Assembly: GCA_964563355.1 (NCBI GenBank)
Contig: CAZLVU010000003.1
Coordinates: 773 to 64,772 of the forward strand
Source of the DNA: an uncultured Candidatus Poseidoniales archaeon
GTDB taxonomy: Archaea > Thermoplasmatota > Poseidoniia > Poseidoniales > Thalassarchaeaceae
Length of the DNA stretch: 64,000 bases
Reading direction: 5' to 3'
Below are positions 17,978 through 28,183 of the stretch, piece by piece. The translations under genes were made by a program, and so were the position numbers. Under the pieces are notes generated by a model. The model did no database searches and was not told where the DNA came from. It saw nothing but the letters and a program-made list of their open reading frames with translations. The stretch's first letter is position 1; each line of letters starts with the position of its first letter.

Positions 17978-19084
17978 TTAGTAAGCCAGCCCTAGAGCTG
18001 AGAGCTTTTCAGGAAGGTAGGTATCAGTCACGAAGTCCAATCCGTATTTGGCTAGTGACTGCTGCTCCGCCTTCTTCCCAATTTCCTGCATCAACCGAAT
18101 CTGCTCCTGCCACCACCCACTGGCGAAGCGAGGGTCGCTAAGCTCCGCTGCTAGTGCATTGGTGTCTTGTTTTGTCAATTCGTCACTTGGCAAATCATAG
18201 GCAAGGATGTCATCAGCGGTTATTCCCATGTAGGTTGCCTCCTTGGTGGCCAAGTACTCGGAAATGTGAGCAGTTTTGATGGCCCCGTAGGCGATGCTCG
18301 CAAAGATCCTGAATGACCACGGATCACAGTCAGTGAATACCATAATCGGCTTGTTCCACTCCTCGCTCATACGTCTCATAATTCTCCTGGTGGAGCGAGC
18401 AGGTTGTCCCTTTAGGTGGACCAATGCGCACCTAGCCTCCTCATCAAAACCGTTCTCGACTAGCCTATCGAACATTCCACCCGTTTCAATTGCCATGACG
18501 AAGTCGATGTCCTCGTCAACCAATCGCAGCTTCTCCGACTCCACGTTGTAGGGCACACCATAGCCCGAATCACCCACATCGTCCCGGCTGTTTATTCTCA
18601 TCCAGTCTCCTCTGCGATTTTTCTCCTCGAATGTCACATTCCCAATTATCCGCGCACCGTCCTCTTCGGGCCTTAGACCGAAGTCCTCCCGAAGGCACTT
18701 GGTGACTATCTCCAGGTCCTCTGCGAGGTTGTTGCTTTCGTTTTGGCTAGAGAACTTGCCGTGCCCCCATCCCTCTGAAATGTAGTACATCTCTCTGAGG
18801 GTCGAGGTCTTCCCATCCGTTATCATCGTCTCCACGAACTCGGAAATGTGCAAGGCCCTCAGAAGCTGTCTCGCGGAACCAAGGGACGTTGCGTCTCTGA
18901 CGGTCCTCTTCTTCCCGTACTTGTACACACCCAGCCTCTTATCGAAGCTGATGTTGCTCTTCGAACGGACAGGCAACGTCATCGTTGGCGGCGTGCCCTT
19001 AGTCATCTTATTGTGCATCTCTGAAGCGACACCGTGTAACGCCCCGATTACTTCCTCTTTCGTTTTCTGCCTATTGATCGTCAC
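17978..19084 (-). CDS. top6A: DNA topoisomerase VI subunit A (Spo11 homolog)
   Basis: The Toprim region is [17 protein letters not shown]...[14 protein letters not shown] and the 5Y-CAP region is TLREMYY. The GTG start overlaps the top6B stop by 1 nt (TAGTG). Confidence 0.9.
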   Translation of the reverse strand: MTINRQKTKEEVIGALHGVASEMHNKMTKGTPPTMTLPVRSKSNISFDKRLGVYKYGKKRTVRDATSLGSARQLLRALHISEFVETMITDGKTSTLREMYYISEGWGHGKFSSQNESNNLAEDLEIVTKCLREDFGLRPEEDGARIIGNVTFEEKNRRGDWMRINSRDDVGDSGYGVPYNVESEKLRLVDEDIDFVMAIETGGMFDRLVENGFDEEARCALVHLKGQPARSTRRIMRRMSEEWNKPIMVFTDCDPWSFRIFASIAYGAIKTAHISEYLATKEATYMGITADDILAYDLPSDELTKQDTNALAAELSDPRFASGWWQEQIRLMQEIGKKAEQQSLAKYGLDFVTDTYLPEKLSALGLAY

Positions 19085-21201
19085 TAATCTGCCTCCAATT
19101 GCTCATCTGAGCTGTAGTCATCGAACAGCCCCTTTTGCCCATTTTCAGGCGCTTCATTGGAAGAAGCAGCAACCTCGCTTCGTTCCGCTCTCTCCTTCAA
19201 CTGCCCAAGGGCCTCCTTCGACTTCCCCAGATCAATTTCTGCGGCTTCGAGAGACTCCGATTTACGTAGCTCATCCAGAAGCTTCTCGTCAATTTTTGTG
19301 GCTCCAATAACCTCGCCGTTGCCCCTGTAAAAAATTTCGGCGTCGTTCCACTCACCTTTTTCCAACCCAGAGACAGCGAATTCGATATTCGCGGATGTAC
19401 CTGGATTAAGGGTATCTAACCTCCATGCCCAGAGTCCCTGTGCTTCCTTCCGGCCTCCTTGAGAGTTCTCCACCATCACGGTTCCTTCCCCCTCTGGCCA
19501 TTTGGCCAAGATTGTGTACGCTCGTGCCCTAGCAGTATAGTTGTACACTTTTATCGAGCAAGTAGCGAGTTTTCTTCCGGAATCCCAGCCTAATTCCTCC
19601 TCACAGAAAACCGCATCCATAATTTTTGTAATCACAGGAGCAAGGTCGGGCTCTTGCCTTGAAAGCAACTCTGACGACTTCCTGGAAATCTCCGGAAGAA
19701 TGATGTTAATCAACTCGAACTTCTCCTGCGCCTTCTTCCTCTGAGAGCTCTTTTTCAGATGGTTCTTCAGACCCCGGCCGACTTCTAGCATGGCCCGTCT
19801 GATTTCCTCGAACACCTCCTCATTGTCTGCGACAGCCTCCTTGGCTTCACTAGTGAACTGCACGTTGGTTGATGCTAGGTGAACTAGAACAGCCGCAGGG
19901 CCTTTGGGAATCCCCCTGCCTCCAGGATGCTCCAATCCGTATCTCTTCCAGTCTACCGATTCTAGAGCCTTGGTTAGAAGGCACCCACCCTGTTGGTACA
20001 TGAGGGGGACCCTATTAGCAAATCTGAGAACCTCAATCGGCCCATCAGCACTTAGGTTTCCACCGAAAACTAGCCCGACCTCAATTTGGAAAGGATTGCC
20101 CTGACTGACCTTCGGACCTCTAGTAATTGTAGATGCAAACCGAGAGTCTATTGCCTTGGATAGCCCCTTTTTGATTAGAAGATCCTCAATTGGGGATAGG
20201 CAGTCTGTAGGAGGTGCCAGAAATTTGACCTTCTGGAAGGCCACCACCATCTCCTGAGCCTCTTCCGACCTGATTCGCCTCGGAGTCCTACCTTCCTCGA
20301 TTCCGGCTGTAGCCAAAATCTCCCGCGCAGCACGCATGCTAACTCCTGAGAAGTTGTGTCTTAGGAAGGAGGTCATCTTGCGCTCTTCAGCCTCCTTCAG
20401 CATCCTCTGCAATGAACCCAGTTGGATCCCATGCGGATGCGGTTTGATTTCACTGACCGTTCTCGGAAGTTTTTCCGTCGTCCTTGGCCAATCCCCCTCT
20501 TCGATTACACTCCCGTCTCTATCTTGGACTACTAGGGAGATGCTGGCATGTGGGTTGACTATGGAAGTCATCCGAAGGTATTGGAAAACTGACTGACGCC
20601 CCCTCTGGTACTTCGCCCTCATCTCTGTCTGAATCCTTACGCCGTGGGACACGGGCTCACCCGTCCTTTCATCAATCCAAACCTCTCTGCGCTCCCCACT
20701 CTTCGTTGCTCTGTTCTTCCTTGTGTCTATTCCCAGATCAACATACACCGCCGAGGAGTCCCTGATAATCTTGGAAACAACACGGGTCTTCGCTCCGGCG
20801 GTAAGTTGTGAATACATCACCACCCCAGTGATTCCAATTCCCTGCTGACCCCTCGTCTGTCGTATGGCGTGGAAGCGAGAGCCCAAGAGAAACTTGCCGA
20901 ACACGTTCTCAATGTCGTCCCTCGGTATGCCAGGCCCGTTGTCTTGAGTTTTCAAACTCAGACGATCCCCCTTCAGGCGACGAACCTCCACTCTAATCTC
21001 CGGAAGAATCCGAGCCTCCTCACATGCATCCAGAGAATTATCCACGGCCTCCTTCACCGCAGTGATGATGGATCTCTGAAGTGTGTCAAATCCAAGGAAA
21101 TGTTTGTTCTTCTCAAAGAACTCGCTGATGGAAATCTGCTTCTGCTTGTTTGGGAGTTGTTCCGCAGTATCCACGCATTCACCACCACCAAGTCCTCCCA
21201 C
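19084..21201 (-). CDS. top6B: DNA topoisomerase VI subunit B (GHKL ATPase) with an acidic C-terminal extension
   Basis: The Bergerat-fold N box is AVKEAVDNSLDACEE. The G boxes are DNGPGIP and GQQGIGITG. The protein is preceded by ISISEFFEKNKHFLGF. Its 705 aa include a charged tail ending SSDEQLEAD. Confidence 0.9.
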   Translation of the reverse strand: MGGLGGGECVDTAEQLPNKQKQISISEFFEKNKHFLGFDTLQRSIITAVKEAVDNSLDACEEARILPEIRVEVRRLKGDRLSLKTQDNGPGIPRDDIENVFGKFLLGSRFHAIRQTRGQQGIGITGVVMYSQLTAGAKTRVVSKIIRDSSAVYVDLGIDTRKNRATKSGERREVWIDERTGEPVSHGVRIQTEMRAKYQRGRQSVFQYLRMTSIVNPHASISLVVQDRDGSVIEEGDWPRTTEKLPRTVSEIKPHPHGIQLGSLQRMLKEAEERKMTSFLRHNFSGVSMRAAREILATAGIEEGRTPRRIRSEEAQEMVVAFQKVKFLAPPTDCLSPIEDLLIKKGLSKAIDSRFASTITRGPKVSQGNPFQIEVGLVFGGNLSADGPIEVLRFANRVPLMYQQGGCLLTKALESVDWKRYGLEHPGGRGIPKGPAAVLVHLASTNVQFTSEAKEAVADNEEVFEEIRRAMLEVGRGLKNHLKKSSQRKKAQEKFELINIILPEISRKSSELLSRQEPDLAPVITKIMDAVFCEEELGWDSGRKLATCSIKVYNYTARARAYTILAKWPEGEGTVMVENSQGGRKEAQGLWAWRLDTLNPGTSANIEFAVSGLEKGEWNDAEIFYRGNGEVIGATKIDEKLLDELRKSESLEAAEIDLGKSKEALGQLKERAERSEVAASSNEAPENGQKGLFDDYSSDEQLEAD

Positions 21202-21279
21202 GTCCTAATGACTTGGGGCTTGCTTTGGTGAGACACTCCCACTGAAGACCGCTATTGAACAATGCCCCTGGAGGGTGGT

Positions 21280-23286
21280 TTATGCTTCGGTTCCCGAGAA
21301 CACCTCTGGATGCCACGCGCATATCTTACCCAAGAAAGCGCTTGTCATGACCGTCAATGGGCTAGCAAGGTACAGTTTCCCCGGCCCTGATCGGCCCTGA
21401 TAGTTTCGATTTATTGCAGAAATTGTGACCTGTTCTTGACTGTCGCTTATTCCTGGTCCAGCACCTATACACGCTCCGCAACCAGGGTCAATCAACTGCA
21501 CTCCAGCACGCTCAAATAACTCAGTCCAACCCATTTCGGTTGACAGATCTTTGACAGCCCTAGATCCAAATTGAATGTAACAGTCAACTTCGGTAGGGAT
21601 TTTCAAGCCCGCCTCCAAGGCAGCTTCGGTCACTTTAGCGTAGTATGCGAAGTCATCATCCTTACCGGCTGTGCAAGAACCTGCGTAAGCAATGTCGATG
21701 GGGATCTCTCCGAGGTCGCCGATATAGGCTCCATTGGTCGGATCGGAGGGGATGCCTCTGTCGGGATCGCCAGGATGAGCGACCATCGGGCGGATAAGGG
21801 AGAGATCGATGGTATGCACCCCGCCGTGGTATTCAGCCCCCACGTCCGGGAAAACAAACGCTTTGCGAATGTCACTCGAGCTAATACTCGGGCGACGAAC
21901 ACTCAACCATTCTACAGTCACTTCATCCGGTTCACAAATTCCTGTTTTGGCACTACACTCGGTTGCCATGTTACACAGAGTTGCGCGTTCGTCCATTGAT
22001 AGGCTGGAGAGTCCGGGCCCTCCAAACTCCATGCTCCTGTCCAGCGTCTCCGAATTGGACGCGAACTTCCACAAGATGTGAAGGATCACATCCTTAGCGG
22101 TGCAGCCTGGATCAAGTGAACCCACAAGCTCGAAACGAATGCTCTCGGGTACGTTGACAAACGCGAACTGGTTGTAGACGAGGTTGGCGTACTCGGTTGA
22201 ACCGACCCCGTAGGCGAGTGCGTTCGACGCACCACCCATGCAAGTGTGAGAGTCTGTTGCTTGAATGAAGTCTCCAACATCAATGAATTCCTCTCGGGCT
22301 ACCTGATGGCAAATCCCTGGACTGATCCCGTTCTCAGCTGAGTAGTCTCGCACTCCAGTGTGTTTTTGGAAACTCTTCTGCATTTCTCGAAGCCTCTGTA
22401 TTTTTTCAGTAAAGGGCCCAAATCTTGGGACCTCGGTTGCATAGAGTAAGTGATCTTCGAAAACAGCAAATTTTGAGGGGTTCGGCAACGAGAAACCTTC
22501 GCCGTACTCCTCCTTTAGGAATTCATGGACCTGAGCTGTGGTGAATTCGTGGGAGTATCCCCCATCAACCTGAGCGAGAACCGCGTCTCCCGGTATTACG
22601 AATCGCGCGTCTCCATTGACTCCCAGTAGCTTGCTCGCAATCATCTTCTCTACCATCGTCATGGGCCTTTCTTCACTAGAAATCTCAGGCAATTCCACTT
22701 CGCCTTCTTTCAACTTCCTAGCAAAAGGAAGGATACCACCGTTCTCCAGAATCAGGCTACTTACGGGATCATATCCCGATGAGAACTCGTTGAGAGGGAT
22801 GCACTCGCCATTCTGCAATCTAACTAACATTTTGTGGTCCCCCATCAATTGCCCTAAGTTCAGATTGTTCCGTTCGTGAATAGGTGCGAATGAATCCGCT
22901 ATCGCAATTCGCACTCCCGCCCAACGCTCACATTGTGCTGCAGTCTCACGACTGGAGCCCGTTCCCTTCCGGCGACCCGATACAATCACCTCAAAGCCCC
23001 CGTCAAGAAGCGCCCGAGGCTCGAAAACCCGTCGCCCCTCTTGAAGTAGGCCTGCATACGCATTCTCTGCAATTACTGCCGGGTCGTGGTCGAAACAAAC
23101 CCAAGCAGGAGTCATCACATCGGTGTTAATGTCATCTAGGAGATCATCAACCCCTAGATTTTCCATTCTCAGGTCTAGTCCCTCATACAACTGTCTGCGA
23201 ATTAAATCCAAGTCCTTGGTGAGGAAGAGGACCCTTTTTCCAGGGGTTAGAGCAACGTTTTCCGGAGGCCACGGATCCTCTGACAT
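21280..23286 (-). CDS. aconitase-superfamily Fe-S hydro-lyase with the swivel (LeuD-like) domain at the N-terminus
   Basis: The N-terminal swivel motifs are DDINTDVMTPAW and GTGSSRETAAQCERWAGVRIAIADSFAPIHERNN. The catalytic-domain motifs follow: ATDSHTCMGGA, GSCTAGKDDD, DPGCGACIGAGPG and NRNYQGRSG. Confidence 0.75.
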   Translation of the reverse strand: MSEDPWPPENVALTPGKRVLFLTKDLDLIRRQLYEGLDLRMENLGVDDLLDDINTDVMTPAWVCFDHDPAVIAENAYAGLLQEGRRVFEPRALLDGGFEVIVSGRRKGTGSSRETAAQCERWAGVRIAIADSFAPIHERNNLNLGQLMGDHKMLVRLQNGECIPLNEFSSGYDPVSSLILENGGILPFARKLKEGEVELPEISSEERPMTMVEKMIASKLLGVNGDARFVIPGDAVLAQVDGGYSHEFTTAQVHEFLKEEYGEGFSLPNPSKFAVFEDHLLYATEVPRFGPFTEKIQRLREMQKSFQKHTGVRDYSAENGISPGICHQVAREEFIDVGDFIQATDSHTCMGGASNALAYGVGSTEYANLVYNQFAFVNVPESIRFELVGSLDPGCTAKDVILHILWKFASNSETLDRSMEFGGPGLSSLSMDERATLCNMATECSAKTGICEPDEVTVEWLSVRRPSISSSDIRKAFVFPDVGAEYHGGVHTIDLSLIRPMVAHPGDPDRGIPSDPTNGAYIGDLGEIPIDIAYAGSCTAGKDDDFAYYAKVTEAALEAGLKIPTEVDCYIQFGSRAVKDLSTEMGWTELFERAGVQLIDPGCGACIGAGPGISDSQEQVTISAINRNYQGRSGPGKLYLASPLTVMTSAFLGKICAWHPEVFSGTEA

Positions 23287-23413
23287 TTCTCCCCCTCATT
23301 ATCTGCCAGCATCGCTTGCTATTTCACGATTAGCGCAGCGTGAGAAGACCAAACCTCGAAGCAATCCGTGTTTAATGGGAAATAATAGTCTTAAATATGA
23401 GGTCTTTTGGGGA

Positions 23414-23420
23414 TTTAATA
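23414..23420 (+). promoter_or_regulatory. candidate TATA box of the tfb promoter
   Basis: TTTAATA is centred about 30 nt upstream of ATG 23447, in the 148-bp divergent spacer between the aconitase-like gene and tfb. Confidence 0.4.
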
Positions 23421-23446
23421 CCTTCTTTTGAGGGGTGAGTGGTGTA

Positions 23447-24370
23447 ATGTCATACCTAGTTGAAGACACTGTCAAGTGTGATGAATGTGGAAGCCGAAAT
23501 TTGAGTAAGGACGAATCCAGGGGCGAGGTCACCTGCGACGACTGTGGCCTGGTCTTAGAGGACAAGGTGATTGACCAAGGAGCCGAGTGGCGAGTATTCA
23601 GTCCCGAGCAGGGTGACCAGCGTGCTAGGACAGGCGCTCCGATGACTGTAATGCTACACGACAAGGGCCTATCTACTGACATAGACTGGCAGAACAAGGA
23701 TTACTCTGGGAAGTCGATTTCCAGCAGGTACCGAAGCCAGTTCTACAGAATGAGGAAATGGCAGAAGCGATCTAGGGTCAGTAATGCAACGGAGCGAAAC
23801 AAGGCCATGGCCCTCGCTGAGCTAGACAGGATGGCGAGCCGCCTAGAGCTTCCAAAAACAATCAGGGAAACCGCCGCAGTAACTTATGGCAAAGCCGTAG
23901 ATGCCAGGCTTATTCGCGGCCGCTCAATTGAGGGGGTGGCTGCAGCTAGCCTTTACGCCGCATGCAGAATTTGTGAAAATCCCAGAACTCTTGATGAGAT
24001 TGGTGAGGCCAGCAGGACAGGACGCAAGGAGATAGGACGAACCTACCGATTCATGGTCCGAGAACTCAGAATGAAGATCCCACCAACCAAGCCGGAGGAT
24101 TACATCCCTCGATTCTGTTCGGGGTTAGACCTTGATGCCGAGGTCCAAGCCAAGGCGTACGAGCTAATCGCAGCTGCACAGGAGAAGGAACTGACCAGTG
24201 GCCGTGGCCCAACTGGCATCGCAGCCTCGATCATCTACATCGCGAGCGTTCTTTGTGGCAAGCGAAGAACCCAGCGTGAGGTTGCCGAGGTCGCTGGAGT
24301 CACTGAGGTGACAATCAGGAATCGCTACAAGGAGTTGATTCAGAACCTAAATATCGAGCTTGAAATTTAG
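23447..24370 (+). CDS. tfb: transcription initiation factor TFB (TFIIB homolog)
   Basis: The N-terminal zinc ribbon is [29 protein letters not shown], followed by the B-reader [11 protein letters not shown] and two cyclin-fold repeats ([18 protein letters not shown] and [16 protein letters not shown]). An alternative GTG start exists at 23435. Confidence 0.95.
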   Translation: MSYLVEDTVKCDECGSRNLSKDESRGEVTCDDCGLVLEDKVIDQGAEWRVFSPEQGDQRARTGAPMTVMLHDKGLSTDIDWQNKDYSGKSISSRYRSQFYRMRKWQKRSRVSNATERNKAMALAELDRMASRLELPKTIRETAAVTYGKAVDARLIRGRSIEGVAAASLYAACRICENPRTLDEIGEASRTGRKEIGRTYRFMVRELRMKIPPTKPEDYIPRFCSGLDLDAEVQAKAYELIAAAQEKELTSGRGPTGIAASIIYIASVLCGKRRTQREVAEVAGVTEVTIRNRYKELIQNLNIELEI

Positions 24371-24377
24371 CCTCGAA

Positions 24378-27300
24378 TCACGAACAGCCTGTTGTAGAGC
24401 CGCATGCATTGCATTTCAGGCAGGTTCCGTTGCGAACCATCTGGCTGCTACCACAGTCATCGCATATGTCTCCGGTGAAACCCCTCTCGATAGCAACTTG
24501 GCGCGCCCGCGCCTCCGCATCCCGCTCCTGAAGGGGAGCGACCGCCGCATTCAGGGTCATTTGCACCTCTCTCCTCTCACCTTCGGTTCTCATCACACCC
24601 ATTTCGGTAATCTCTGGCTTGCTTATGGAAAACTGGTTGAGGTCCTCCACAGCGACGTGAGCTAGGTCGTCTCGGCCAGCGTATTCGATTGCAAGCTCTC
24701 TGAAAATCCAGTCTACTAGGCTCGATGCCATCTTCACGCGGCCGCTGCCTCCCTCGACCATTCCACTAGGCTCGAACTTCTGGAAAGTGAAAACCTTGAT
24801 GAAAGCCTCAAGCGGGACCCCGTGCTGCAAACCTATCGACACCGCAATCGCGAACTGGTTCAACATCGCCCTCCATGCAGCCCCCTCCTTCGAGGTCACC
24901 AGCAAAATCTCGCCTAGCTTCCCATCGGGGTACTCCCCGGTGATGAGACGCACGCTGTGCCCCCCTATCCTGGCCTTGGTGGAAGTTGCCGCCTTCTTGT
25001 CTGGCAAAGGCCTCCTAGTTGCGATGAAATCGACGAAAGACTCAGCTAACGGTTTCGCCTCAACCTCTGGAATGGGCATCACCTTGACGGCTTCTTGGAC
25101 CATCTTCTCTACGACCAATTCCTCCTCTGAAACATCCTCACTCAGATCGGTGTCATCGACCAATTGATTCATGAGAGGCTGCGAGAGCTTAGAGCAGTCA
25201 CGGTAAACCGCGCACGCCTTGTTCATTGTGGAGTGGCTGAGGTTGTATGCCTCCCTAACATCGCTAACCGTAGATTTTGATGGCATATTGATGGTTTTTG
25301 AAATCGCCCCGGAAATGAATGGTTGGGCCGCAGCCATCATCTTGACGTGAGCTGGCCATGCAATAGCCCTCGTTCCCTTAGCCCCACATGGAGTGGCGCA
25401 GTCAAACACAGCTAGGTGTTCCTCTTTCAGCCCTGGCGCTCCCTCTATGGTGAGGTTCCCAAACACGTGGTCTTGAGAAGCCTCTATCTCATCTGCACCG
25501 AACCCCAAAAAATTCAGTGTATCAAAGAACGGATCCTCGTACTGCTCCATTGTCATTCCGAGAGTACCTGTGCAAAAACTCTCTCCAAGAAGCGAGGGAG
25601 CGAACGCGGATCGCAAATCGAACACGTCGCCCAACTTCTTCTCCACACCAGCGATGTCCTTCGACGAGAATCCAACCTCCATCAGACGATCCAAAGGAAG
25701 GCTCGGGCAACCACTCAGACGACCCGTTCCTATGATGTACTCTTCAATTGTCTTGCATTCACTATCGGAGTAGCCAAGTCTGTGCAGGGCGCTCGGAACA
25801 CCTTTGTTGACAATCCTCAGAGAGCCTCCACCAGCCAGAGTCTTGAACTGTACGAGAGAGAACTGTGGCTCAACACCGGTCGTGTCTGCCCCCATCACCA
25901 GCCCGATGGTACCAGTCGGTGCGATGACGGTTGTCTGTGCGTTTCTGTATCCGTGTTGTTCCCCCTCTCTAACAGCACGGTCCCAGGAGTCTCTAGCCGC
26001 GTCCAGTAAGTCCTTTGGGCATTTCTTCGAGTTTATTCCCATGGGAGGAACGGTCAGCCCCTCGTACTCGTCTACAGGGGAGTCGTACGCAGCCCTACGG
26101 TGATTCCTCATGACCCTCAGCATGTGGTCCGCATTTCTTTCATAGTCATCGAAGGCTCCCAGTATGGAGGCCATCTCCGCGCTGGTTGCGTAGGTCTCAC
26201 CGCACATCATCGAGGTAATTGCCCCGCAAATGGAGTAGGCACGGTCGTCATCGTATGGGATGCCCATGTGCATTAGCAGAGATCCAATGTTGCAGTAGCC
26301 GAGGCCCAATGTGCGATAATCGTAAGACTTCCGTGCAATCTCCTCAGAGGGGAACTGGGCCATCAGGACGCTTATTTCTAGTGTCGCGGTCCAAAGCCTA
26401 ACGCTGTGCCGGAAGTCTTCCACCTGGAAGGTCTGCGTACCCAGATCGTAGTAGTGTAGGAGATTTATGCTAGCTAGGTTGCATGCAGTATCGTCTAGGA
26501 ACATATACTCTGAGCAAGGGTTAGAACCGTTGATGCGCCCTCCTTCGGGGCACGTGTGCCACTCGTTGATGGTTGTGTCAAATTGCACTCCAGGATCAGC
26601 ACAGGCCCAGGCAGTATAGGCTATCTTGTCCCAAAGTCCCTGCGCACTCAGGGTCCTGCAAGGTTCGGCCTCTCGGCCTCCGACCTCAGCCTTCTCAAGC
26701 TCCGTCCTCCAGTAAAGCCCCCACTCTCCTCCTTCACTGACCGCATCCATGAACTGGTTCGGGACACGAACCGAGTTGTTGCTATTCTGACCGGATACGG
26801 TCAGATAGGCCTCTCCTTGCCAGTCGGTGTCCAAGACATCGAAGTCAACCCCCCTCCATCCCTGCTTAGCTAGGTCGAGAATCCTCTGGATGTGAGGCTG
26901 TGGAACGTGTTCCTTGATGGCACCAACAATTGCTCTCCGAAGACCTAGGTTTGTACTCTGGTTGAATCTGCCCTCGTCGTCGTCGTGCTCCCAAATGGCA
27001 TTCATCAGTTTGTTTGCGTGATTCTGCAAAATGTTGCTTCCAATTACCAGCGCGGAAACCTTCTCCTCCTCGGTGGATTTCCAATCGATATATTCCTCTA
27101 TGTCAGGATGATCTAAGTCGAGGGTAACCATCTTCGCAGCGCGCCTAGTGGTTCCGCCGGATTTGATTGCGCCAGCTGCCCTATCCCCTATCTTTAGGAA
27201 AGAAAGCAACCCGCTGGACGTCCCTCCACCGGAGAGTGGTTCTCCAACGCCCCTTATGTTTGAGAAATTGGACCCAGTTCCTGACCCGTACTTGAACAGG

Positions 27301-28040
27301 AGAGCTTCTCTGTTCCAAAGGCCCATAATCGAGTCCGAACCACCAACTAGGGAATCGGATACCGATTGGATGAAGCATGCATGGGGCTGGGGGTGCTCGT
27401 AGGCGTTCGTCGAGTACTCTAGCTCGCCAGTGGAAGGATCGACATAGCTGTGGCCTTGAGCTGGCCCTTCTATGCCATATGCCCAATGTAGTCCTGTGTT
27501 GAACCACTGGGGACTGTTGGGTGCCGATCTCTGACTAGCTATCAGGTAGCACATCTCGTCGAAGTATGCGCGGGCATCAGCCTCGCTAGCGAAGTAACCA
27601 TACTTCCAGCCCCAGTAGGCCCAGGTCCCTGCAAGTCGACGGAAGAGCTGCCTTCCGTCTGTCTCACCACCCATTCTTTCAGCGGCATCAATAGTCTGCA
27701 GCCGCTCGTGGTCTGGCTCACTTCGCTGTAGCCAGACAGGCACCCCCTCTTCGGGAACATTCCGAAGGAATTTCGGAACCCCCGCCTTGCGCAGATACTT
27801 CTGAGCGCAGACTTTTCCGGGTACTCCTGAGAACCCGGAGGGCAGTTTCACGCCAGTGATTGAGTCAGCCATGGAACCATCAGGGTTCCTAATCTCGACA
27901 TCCATCTCAATCCAATCGAACGAACCAAAGGGATCATCGCCAAGTGAGGTGAAACGCCGCTCGATAACGAGCCCCCTCTCCACCTCGGAATCGGCACCGG
28001 ATAGCTCTACTTTTGTCTGCATTCTTCTCTCTCCCGTCAC
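24378..28040 (-). CDS. nrdJ: adenosylcobalamin-dependent ribonucleotide reductase (class II, long form) with a C-terminal zinc-ribbon tail
   Basis: The active-site blocks are NPCSEYMFLDDTACNLASINL, GLGYCNIGSLLMHMG and TVIAPTGTIGLVMGADTTGVEPQFS. The tail is CDDCGSSQMVRNGTCLKCNACGSTTGCS. The start is GTG 28040 or, more likely, ATG 28022 (MQTKVEL), which is preceded by GGGAGAG. Confidence 0.9.
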   Translation of the reverse strand: MTGERRMQTKVELSGADSEVERGLVIERRFTSLGDDPFGSFDWIEMDVEIRNPDGSMADSITGVKLPSGFSGVPGKVCAQKYLRKAGVPKFLRNVPEEGVPVWLQRSEPDHERLQTIDAAERMGGETDGRQLFRRLAGTWAYWGWKYGYFASEADARAYFDEMCYLIASQRSAPNSPQWFNTGLHWAYGIEGPAQGHSYVDPSTGELEYSTNAYEHPQPHACFIQSVSDSLVGGSDSIMGLWNREALLFKYGSGTGSNFSNIRGVGEPLSGGGTSSGLLSFLKIGDRAAGAIKSGGTTRRAAKMVTLDLDHPDIEEYIDWKSTEEEKVSALVIGSNILQNHANKLMNAIWEHDDDEGRFNQSTNLGLRRAIVGAIKEHVPQPHIQRILDLAKQGWRGVDFDVLDTDWQGEAYLTVSGQNSNNSVRVPNQFMDAVSEGGEWGLYWRTELEKAEVGGREAEPCRTLSAQGLWDKIAYTAWACADPGVQFDTTINEWHTCPEGGRINGSNPCSEYMFLDDTACNLASINLLHYYDLGTQTFQVEDFRHSVRLWTATLEISVLMAQFPSEEIARKSYDYRTLGLGYCNIGSLLMHMGIPYDDDRAYSICGAITSMMCGETYATSAEMASILGAFDDYERNADHMLRVMRNHRRAAYDSPVDEYEGLTVPPMGINSKKCPKDLLDAARDSWDRAVREGEQHGYRNAQTTVIAPTGTIGLVMGADTTGVEPQFSLVQFKTLAGGGSLRIVNKGVPSALHRLGYSDSECKTIEEYIIGTGRLSGCPSLPLDRLMEVGFSSKDIAGVEKKLGDVFDLRSAFAPSLLGESFCTGTLGMTMEQYEDPFFDTLNFLGFGADEIEASQDHVFGNLTIEGAPGLKEEHLAVFDCATPCGAKGTRAIAWPAHVKMMAAAQPFISGAISKTINMPSKSTVSDVREAYNLSHSTMNKACAVYRDCSKLSQPLMNQLVDDTDLSEDVSEEELVVEKMVQEAVKVMPIPEVEAKPLAESFVDFIATRRPLPDKKAATSTKARIGGHSVRLITGEYPDGKLGEILLVTSKEGAAWRAMLNQFAIAVSIGLQHGVPLEAFIKVFTFQKFEPSGMVEGGSGRVKMASSLVDWIFRELAIEYAGRDDLAHVAVEDLNQFSISKPEITEMGVMRTEGERREVQMTLNAAVAPLQERDAEARARQVAIERGFTGDICDDCGSSQMVRNGTCLKCNACGSTTGCS

Positions 28041-28165
28041 CTGTCGGTCAGGATAAGCCCCGCCTTGTGCAAGGGAGTTGCGCTTCCGAATGGGGGGTGT
28101 TTAATGATTGAGGAAAAAGGAACGTTTTTTTTGGCCAAAACTCCCTCAATTTTCGAAAAACCAAT

Positions 28166-28179
28166 CGCGAATAATCGCG
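28166..28179 (-). terminator. hairpin plus T-run immediately downstream of the OsmC-like gene
   Basis: CGCGA-ATAA-TCGCG forms a 5-bp stem 5 nt after the stop. On the minus strand it is followed by TTGGTTTTTCG, and further T-runs occur in the spacer shared with the nrdJ upstream region. Confidence 0.35.
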
Positions 28180-28183
28180 CCGT

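Noticed and set aside
24378-28040. A possible intein in the 1220-aa NrdJ, since archaeal RNRs often host inteins.
   Set aside because: I saw no intein splice-junction or homing-endonuclease-like blocks interrupting the conserved RNR motifs. The length matches the long class II form with N- and C-terminal extensions. This is not proven without an HMM scan.
28041-28183. A cobalamin riboswitch or other structured leader upstream of nrdJ.
   Set aside because: The likely 5' UTR is only about 40-80 nt, far shorter than a B12 riboswitch. I could find only a trivial 4-5 bp hairpin (CCTTGTGCAAGG) and no B12-box-like sequence.
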